From contig JAHFNS010000001.1 of NCBI GenBank assembly GCA_023267215.1, positions 98,736 through 162,735 on the forward strand: DNA of 64,000 bases. The letters are read 5' to 3'. The notes under the pieces are model-generated. The model ran no database searches. It had not been told where the DNA came from and saw nothing but the letters and a program-made list of their open reading frames with translations. Source of the DNA: Candidatus Nomurabacteria bacterium (lineage in GTDB: Bacteria > Patescibacteriota > Minisyncoccia > Phycocordibacterales > UBA9973). Made by a program: the position numbers and the translations under genes. Below, in pieces: positions 62,889 to 64,000 of the stretch; within the stretch, counting starts at the first letter, position 1, and every line of letters starts with the position of its first letter.

Positions 62889-64000
62889 AGTTATTTTCTG
62901 CTAAAAGCATAATGGTATCAATAATTGATTTAATAAAATCACTATCAATATCTATTCCTTTTTCTCCTTTTACTACATCATATAAATAGTCGTCAATTGT
63001 GTTTCTAATTTTTCTTTTAACATCTATATTTTTCTGCCAGTCAATTATTGCCCCCTGTTTAAGTATAGAGAAGATATCTAGGACAATTGAGACATATGCC
63101 TCATTTTTGACCCCTAAACCTTCAAATTGGACTTTTAAATTGCGATAAAAGACATCTGAGCCATTTAGCCCTTTTATCTCTTTTGGCAAATCATCGCCTT
63201 TCTTATTGAGCACATCATCACTAATGAGCCTCATCTGCTTTAGAGCTTCAATATCAGCTAGTTTTCCTAATCTCATTTTTTCTATGATTTCCTCTATTTT
63301 CTTTGAAAACCTTTCAAAAAATTCTGGATCTTTATCCATTTGTTCGCTAATAGTCCTTTGCGTTTGAGACGCTATCGCTTCCGCTTTTGACTTATCAGAA
63401 CCAAGGTTTTCGACAGCTTCTTTAAATTGCTCTCTGTCTGTAATATTTACTTGTTTTGTGAGTAATTCAACTCCCTTGGCATCAACATATTTATCAAGAA
63501 TTTTAATTAATGATTCTTTATATTCCGACAAATCAACTCTTTCTCTATAGAGAAGACTGGCTGATTTTCGGATTTCCATAAATTTCTTTAAATCTTTTTT
63601 ATACATTCCTATCTTATCTTTGAATTCATGAACGAAATCTTGCAAAATAAAACATTCGTTTAAGTTTCTTATAAAATCATTTAAGCTTTTATAAAACATT
63701 TCTCTTTTTGCTTCATCCTTAAGAAATTGCAAATAAACTTCGTCGTCAGACGAATTTTTTATTTCATTAAATAAATCGTGAATCAAACCATAACTTTGCT
63801 CCAATTCATTTATTTTCTCTGATACATCAATTAGACTTCCTTTAACATCATTTTCGTCATAATTACCGAAAAGCTTCATGGCTGTATCTATGTTTTTGGC
63901 ATTTTCTGAATAGTCAATAATATATCCAGCCGTCTTTGGCAGTTTATTATTTTCAAAAAGTCTATTTACACGAGCAATTGCTTGAAGTAGCCCGTGGTCG
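62872..64000 (-). CDS. hsdR: type I restriction enzyme R subunit (HsdR), C-terminal part (5' end beyond window)
   Basis: Frame stays open to the window edge. Upstream in-frame translation reads DHGLLQAIARVNRLFENNK (helicase motif VI QxxxRxxR). Followed by the coiled C-terminal domain and the usual DUF45 neighbour. Confidence 0.6.
   Translation of the reverse strand, partial: DHGLLQAIARVNRLFENNKLPKTAGYIIDYSENAKNIDTAMKLFGNYDENDVKGSLIDVSEKINELEQSYGLIHDLFNEIKNSSDDEVYLQFLKDEAKREMFYKSLNDFIRNLNECFILQDFVHEFKDKIGMYKKDLKKFMEIRKSASLLYRERVDLSEYKESLIKILDKYVDAKGVELLTKQVNITDREQFKEAVENLGSDKSKAEAIASQTQRTISEQMDKDPEFFERFSKKIEEIIEKMRLGKLADIEALKQMRLISDDVLNKKGDDLPKEIKGLNGSDVFYRNLKVQFEGLGVKNEAYVSIVLDIFSILKQGAIIDWQKNIDVKRKIRNTIDDYLYDVVKGEKGIDIDSDFIKSIIDTIMLLAENNFELFI

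Noticed and set aside
1-64000. CRISPR arrays, rRNA genes, integrases or transposases
   Set aside because: I found no regularly spaced short direct repeats with unique spacers. There are no rRNA-like GC-rich kilobase blocks. No tyrosine or serine recombinase or DDE transposase motifs were found in any ORF. The HTH proteins near tRNA-Gln are not convincingly transposases.

Overview
The window is a low-GC stretch (about 30% GC by eye) of a small, gene-dense bacterial chromosome. Its character is CPR/Patescibacteria-like (Parcubacteria-type): short genes, tight or overlapping operons, and many small membrane proteins. The first ~56 kb is mostly housekeeping. It holds rsmI, priA, mreB, holB-like, frr, rseP, a cell-wall block (mraY-ftsW-murG), gltX, rpmA, rplI, ctpA, PBP2, a MacAB-like ABC exporter, an ECF sigma pair, dnaX, dus, serS, dprA, topA, rel, parB, murA, miaA, rpmG, alr-ddl, scpAB and three tRNAs (Gln, Leu, Trp). 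The last ~8 kb (56-64 kb) is accessory-looking. It holds two Fic proteins, duplicated DUF1905/DUF167 genes, an ArsR-type regulator, NUDIX and MGMT genes sharing a palindromic operator-like motif, a repeat lipoprotein, a DUF45 protein and the C-terminus of a type I restriction HsdR. The most unusual signal is at least three families of GC-rich palindromic elements in this AT-rich genome. Family A sits in-frame in rsmI and topA. Family B sits in-frame in dus, at the 5' end of miaA and in one intergenic site. Family C sits between the Cys-rich gene and mraY. Their behaviour resembles Rickettsia palindromic elements. Other notable items follow. A 572-aa Cys-rich protein with duplicated zinc-ribbon modules is embedded in the dcw cluster. 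A cluster of phosphoesterases includes two pyrophosphatase homologs with substituted catalytic residues. A small islet at the 3' end of tRNA-Gln is bounded by an 11-nt direct repeat and carries an HNH endonuclease. An orphan MazF-like toxin converges on a promoter-plus-terminator mini-gene. A PriA homolog appears to lack Walker A/B motifs. Coordinates I derived by hand (tRNAs, repeats, small ORFs) may be off by 1-3 nt. Coordinates from the ORF track are used as given.
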